From Cyanobacteria bacterium J06626_4 (lineage in GTDB: Bacteria > Cyanobacteriota > Cyanobacteriia > Phormidesmidales > Phormidesmidaceae), in NCBI GenBank assembly GCA_038523235.1, contig JBCBJQ010000002.1, positions 1-64,000 on the forward strand: 64,000 nucleotides of DNA, written 5' to 3'. A model generated the notes under the pieces. The model had not been told where the DNA came from and searched no databases. It saw nothing but the letters and a program-made list of their open reading frames with translations. A program made the translations under genes and the position numbers. Shown here piece by piece: positions 60,572 to 64,000 of this stretch; the stretch's first letter is position 1; each line of letters begins with the position of its first letter.

Positions 60572-61762
60572 TCATTCAAACGGTGAGCTCAGCTGCGGGT
60601 TGGTCAAAAACGTTTCGTCCGTCAGACTGCGGAGAAACGCCAGCAGATCTTGCTTTTCCGCAGCCGTGAGGGTGAAGCCCTGGATAAAGTGACTCTTTAA
60701 AGGATTTTGACTGCCGACGCCCGCATCGGGGCCGGTTTCGATGGTGCGCCCCCCGGCCGCGTAGTGGGCGATCGCCTCCTCAAGGGTCGCTACACTGCCA
60801 TCATGCATATAGGGGGCCGTCACCTCGATGTTGCGCAGGGTGGGTGCTCTAAATTTGCCCATATCCGCCGCTTCATGGGTAATCTCCTTGACGCCGATAT
60901 TGTCGGGCGGATAAGCACCATTGCCGTCGAGGTTGTAAAGCCCGGTGTTGTGAAAGGCAATTTCGATAAAGCCCGATCGTTCATGACGAGCTGAGTCGCT
61001 GAAGTTGAGCCCGCTGTGACAGTGAAAGCATTCCAATCGCTCGCTGTTAAATAGGACTTCTCCCCGCTTGGCAGAGTCAGAAATCGCGTCGGGCTCGCCA
61101 CCGTAGCGATAGCGATCATAGGGAGAATTAAAGGAATTGAGGGTGCGCTCAAAGGCCGCGATCGCCAAACTAATATTCCGCACCGTCACCGGATTTTCGT
61201 CGCTAAACGCTGCTTGAAACCGCTGCTGATAGTCAGAATCGGTTTGCAAAGTTTGCAAGAGTTCGGTTTCTCGCCCAGCCATGCCCAATTCCACTGGCTC
61301 TTCGCCAAACAGGGGCACCAGCAGTTGCTGCTCCAGATGCTGCATCAGCGGATTGGCCCAGGTCTGCACAGAGTTATAGCCCACGTTGGTGAGACTCATA
61401 GAGTTGCGGGGATGCACCTCCCCAGTGGCTCCGGCAGGCAAGGTTTTGCCATCAGCAAACGCCAGATGTTGCAAATGACAGGTGGCACAGGAAAAGTCCC
61501 CCGTGACCGACAGGCGCGGTTCGTAAAACAGATGCCGTCCTAGCTCCACCTTGGCGGCAGTCATGGGATTATCGGCGGGCACTACAGGACGCGGCACCCA
61601 ATTCGGGAGCTGCCAGTCAAAGGTGGTTGCCTGGGTCGCCGTCGGCTCAAAGCTGCCGGCTCCGCTGGGGGAGTCATGGCCGAGAGCGGTTTCCACGCCG
61701 ATGGCCAGACCACACACGCAGAAACCAAGTAGTATCCAGGTTAGCCAACGGTGCGATCGCAT
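60572..61762 (-). CDS. mbnH: MbnH-family di-heme cytochrome c peroxidase/MauG-like enzyme
   Basis: CATCH and CFHCH heme motifs, PADNPMT.AKVELGRHLFY, FRAPTLRNI..TAPYMHDG; follows mbnP. Confidence 0.85.
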   Translation of the reverse strand: MRSHRWLTWILLGFCVCGLAIGVETALGHDSPSGAGSFEPTATQATTFDWQLPNWVPRPVVPADNPMTAAKVELGRHLFYEPRLSVTGDFSCATCHLQHLAFADGKTLPAGATGEVHPRNSMSLTNVGYNSVQTWANPLMQHLEQQLLVPLFGEEPVELGMAGRETELLQTLQTDSDYQQRFQAAFSDENPVTVRNISLAIAAFERTLNSFNSPYDRYRYGGEPDAISDSAKRGEVLFNSERLECFHCHSGLNFSDSARHERSGFIEIAFHNTGLYNLDGNGAYPPDNIGVKEITHEAADMGKFRAPTLRNIEVTAPYMHDGSVATLEEAIAHYAAGGRTIETGPDAGVGSQNPLKSHFIQGFTLTAAEKQDLLAFLRSLTDETFLTNPQLSSPFE

Positions 61763-61789
61763 AGTCTCCCCTGACGGTAGCTTCCGTCC

Positions 61790-62722
61790 TTATTTTACTC
61801 TGAAGAAAGTTTGCGCTTGCACTGGCTGGTCATTAAACGGCAGTCCCAGATTTTGCATGATGCCCGCACAGTCGCTATCCATCGGTGACGACATGCAGCC
61901 GAGCGCCGTATCTTCCTGATTTTCCGCGAGGTTGGTTTGCGACATAAGAGCGGCCAAGTCAGCGATAATCACATCCTGAGTGGGGTCAAAGTCCGTCAGC
62001 ATGACCTCAGGGCGATTGGGGATGCTACAGACCACGGGCGCTTGGGTCGCATCCATCTGACAGCCGACACTGCCGAGATGCACGGCAAACCCGTTAAACT
62101 CTTGGCCGTGCTGCTTGTCGGCAGCGGCGCTCTCGCTAGAGCTGGCCTGGGCTGTGTCGGTCGCTGGGGTAAAGTCAATGCGGGCAAACTTGTAGCCAAA
62201 GTTCCAGTTCCACCAGAGGGCGGTGAGGTTCAACGGTGAGGGTGCCAGGGTCGAGTCGATGTGGTTAAGGGCAAAGGGCACGCCGAGGACAAACTTGACC
62301 CCGGTGTAGTCGCCCGCCGGTACTGACCCGACAACCTGAGCGCGAGTTTCCACGGTGCCGTTGGCGCAGGCTCCAGACTTATCTTCAAAGTCAATGAGTG
62401 CCACGTTTTGATGCTGCCAAAGGCCATCCTGCTCTAAAATCAGCGGCACTTCATTGCCGTCCGCATCGATCAGGGCCACCTCGGAGACATAAAACCGGAA
62501 GTCCAAAGTCGTCATTGTAGTTGCGGGCGCCCCGATTTCATAGGCTTGGCCGCAGGCAAAGGCTTCGTCCCCGACCATGCCCTCAAACTGAAGAGTGACC
62601 GTTTCGCTATCAACGGCGATCGCAGGGGCTTGATACACCGCCACTCCCCCCAGTCCAGACAGCATTAGACCTGCCGCCAGCAGGGAATTGCGAGTGAGTC
62701 GTTGCGGCATCGTATTTGTCAT
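61790..62722 (-). CDS. mbnP: MbnP-family copper-binding protein
   Basis: Signal peptide, DFRFYVS, LGVPF.LNH, WWNWNFGYKFARID (WxW), HLGS.GC. Confidence 0.85.
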   Translation of the reverse strand: MTNTMPQRLTRNSLLAAGLMLSGLGGVAVYQAPAIAVDSETVTLQFEGMVGDEAFACGQAYEIGAPATTMTTLDFRFYVSEVALIDADGNEVPLILEQDGLWQHQNVALIDFEDKSGACANGTVETRAQVVGSVPAGDYTGVKFVLGVPFALNHIDSTLAPSPLNLTALWWNWNFGYKFARIDFTPATDTAQASSSESAAADKQHGQEFNGFAVHLGSVGCQMDATQAPVVCSIPNRPEVMLTDFDPTQDVIIADLAALMSQTNLAENQEDTALGCMSSPMDSDCAGIMQNLGLPFNDQPVQAQTFFRVK

Positions 62723-62822
62723 GGCTTTTCTCTTCCTTTTGTTAAATAAACTCAGTTTTGATATCGATCATCCGTGACGTGGCGGTAGCACCGCCAAAGA
62801 TAAACAGGGGGCGTCAGCAGGG

Positions 62823-64000
62823 CTAAAATCTCGCTCGGTATTGGATGCCATAGGTCGCTGGCGCGCCATAGGTTGACGGCAGTAGCGCGCCCCCAAAGAA
62901 AAAGGCCTGGGTGGTGAAAGGCCGATAGTCAAAGATGTTATTGGCAAAGAGATAGACCCCCTGGTTAGCGTCAAATTCATAGCCCAGCCGACCATTAACC
63001 AAAACATACGGTTCTTGCTTGAGCGAATTGTCGTCATTGAAAAAAGTAGTGCCAAATCCTAGCAGTTCGAGGCGACCAAAGATGCCATTGGGCGAGCGGT
63101 ACTGGGCAGCCACATTGAAGGTGTAGTCCGGCGAGTAGGGCAGCGTATTGCCGTCGAAGTTGCCCAGACTCGGATCTTCGTAGTCGGTGTAGGTGGCGTC
63201 AAGATAGCCCAAGCCCGCCGTCAAGTCGAGGCCATCAATGGGCGTCGCCCGCAGTTCGGCTTCGATGCCGTTGATGGTGACCCTCGCGTTGTCCACAAAG
63301 CCAAACAAGCCTGTCGCCGGATCAGTCGAGGGCACTTGATAATCTTCAACCGGATTGTGAAAGAAGGTCAGGTTAGCCGTGAGGCGATCGTCCAGCCAAG
63401 ACGATCGCAACCCCACTTCGTAGTTCCAAGATGTCTCAGCATCAAAGAACAGTTGCCCTGGCTGGGTCGCCCGAAAGTTGACGCCCTGAGCTCGATAGCC
63501 GCGAGTGATCGAGCCGTAGACCATCACGTCTGGCGTAACCTGATACTCGACCGCCACGCGGGGAATTAGCTGGTCACCATCGTTGCTTTCATCCTCAAAC
63601 GCCGCCACTCCTAAAAGCGACTCGGCCCGATTTTCTACCAGGGTGCTGTTGAAGATTTCGTACCGTAAGCCTGCTGTTAAGGTTAGCGGGTCGATGGGTC
63701 GATAGCTCACCTGACCAAAGGCAGCGTAGGTATCTTCATCGATTTCCGCCTGGGTGACGCTAATACTCGGGCCAATCCGAAAGCCTTCTTCATTCACGTT
63801 AAAGTCTCGATGCTCGTAGTATGCGCCGACTAACCAAGTGAAGGGGGCGGCTTCATCCACCGATTGCAGGCGCAGTTCCTGACTTAAAACAGTTGAGTCA
63901 ATGTCTACGAACTGCTCAAGCTGATCTAGCTGAGTGCCGTCCGAATCATTGAGAAATTCTTGGTCAGAAAAACGCCGCGCCGAAATCGACGTAAAACGAA
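62823..64000 (-). CDS. TonB-dependent receptor, C-terminal barrel part (FyuA/CirA-like; 5' end outside the window)
   Basis: Frame open to the window end (SQELRLQS...LTAGLRY...SWNYEVG...NIFD...YRARF). Confidence 0.88.
   Translation of the reverse strand, partial: RFTSISARRFSDQEFLNDSDGTQLDQLEQFVDIDSTVLSQELRLQSVDEAAPFTWLVGAYYEHRDFNVNEEGFRIGPSISVTQAEIDEDTYAAFGQVSYRPIDPLTLTAGLRYEIFNSTLVENRAESLLGVAAFEDESNDGDQLIPRVAVEYQVTPDVMVYGSITRGYRAQGVNFRATQPGQLFFDAETSWNYEVGLRSSWLDDRLTANLTFFHNPVEDYQVPSTDPATGLFGFVDNARVTINGIEAELRATPIDGLDLTAGLGYLDATYTDYEDPSLGNFDGNTLPYSPDYTFNVAAQYRSPNGIFGRLELLGFGTTFFNDDNSLKQEPYVLVNGRLGYEFDANQGVYLFANNIFDYRPFTTQAFFFGGALLPSTYGAPATYGIQYRARF

Overview
This is a cyanobacterial window (frequent HIP1 octamer GCGATCGC), with nearly all genes on the minus strand. 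It forms one metal/iron-acquisition-like island. It holds eight large, very acidic, signal-peptide-less proteins (about 900-2984 aa) built from shuffled Calx-beta-like and PPC-like modules, all ending in a near-identical RTX/type I secretion tail; a ninth survives only as a deletion scar. Interleaved are six PchR/YbtA-like AraC regulators, three MFS exporters, a SAM methyltransferase, a Uma2 nuclease and a DUF433/PIN toxin-antitoxin pair. The right end has two TonB-dependent receptors, TonB and an MbnP/MbnH pair. Fur-like 7-1-7 boxes precede many genes. The most unexpected signal is a six-copy ~60-nt element in the 3' UTRs: an intrinsic terminator immediately preceded by a sequence antisense to the start-codon region (and partly the Shine-Dalgarno) of the M-x-Q-V-S-L members of the array, with a perfect 17-nt match to the 2984-aa gene. 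All family assignments come from motif recognition by eye, not database searches.
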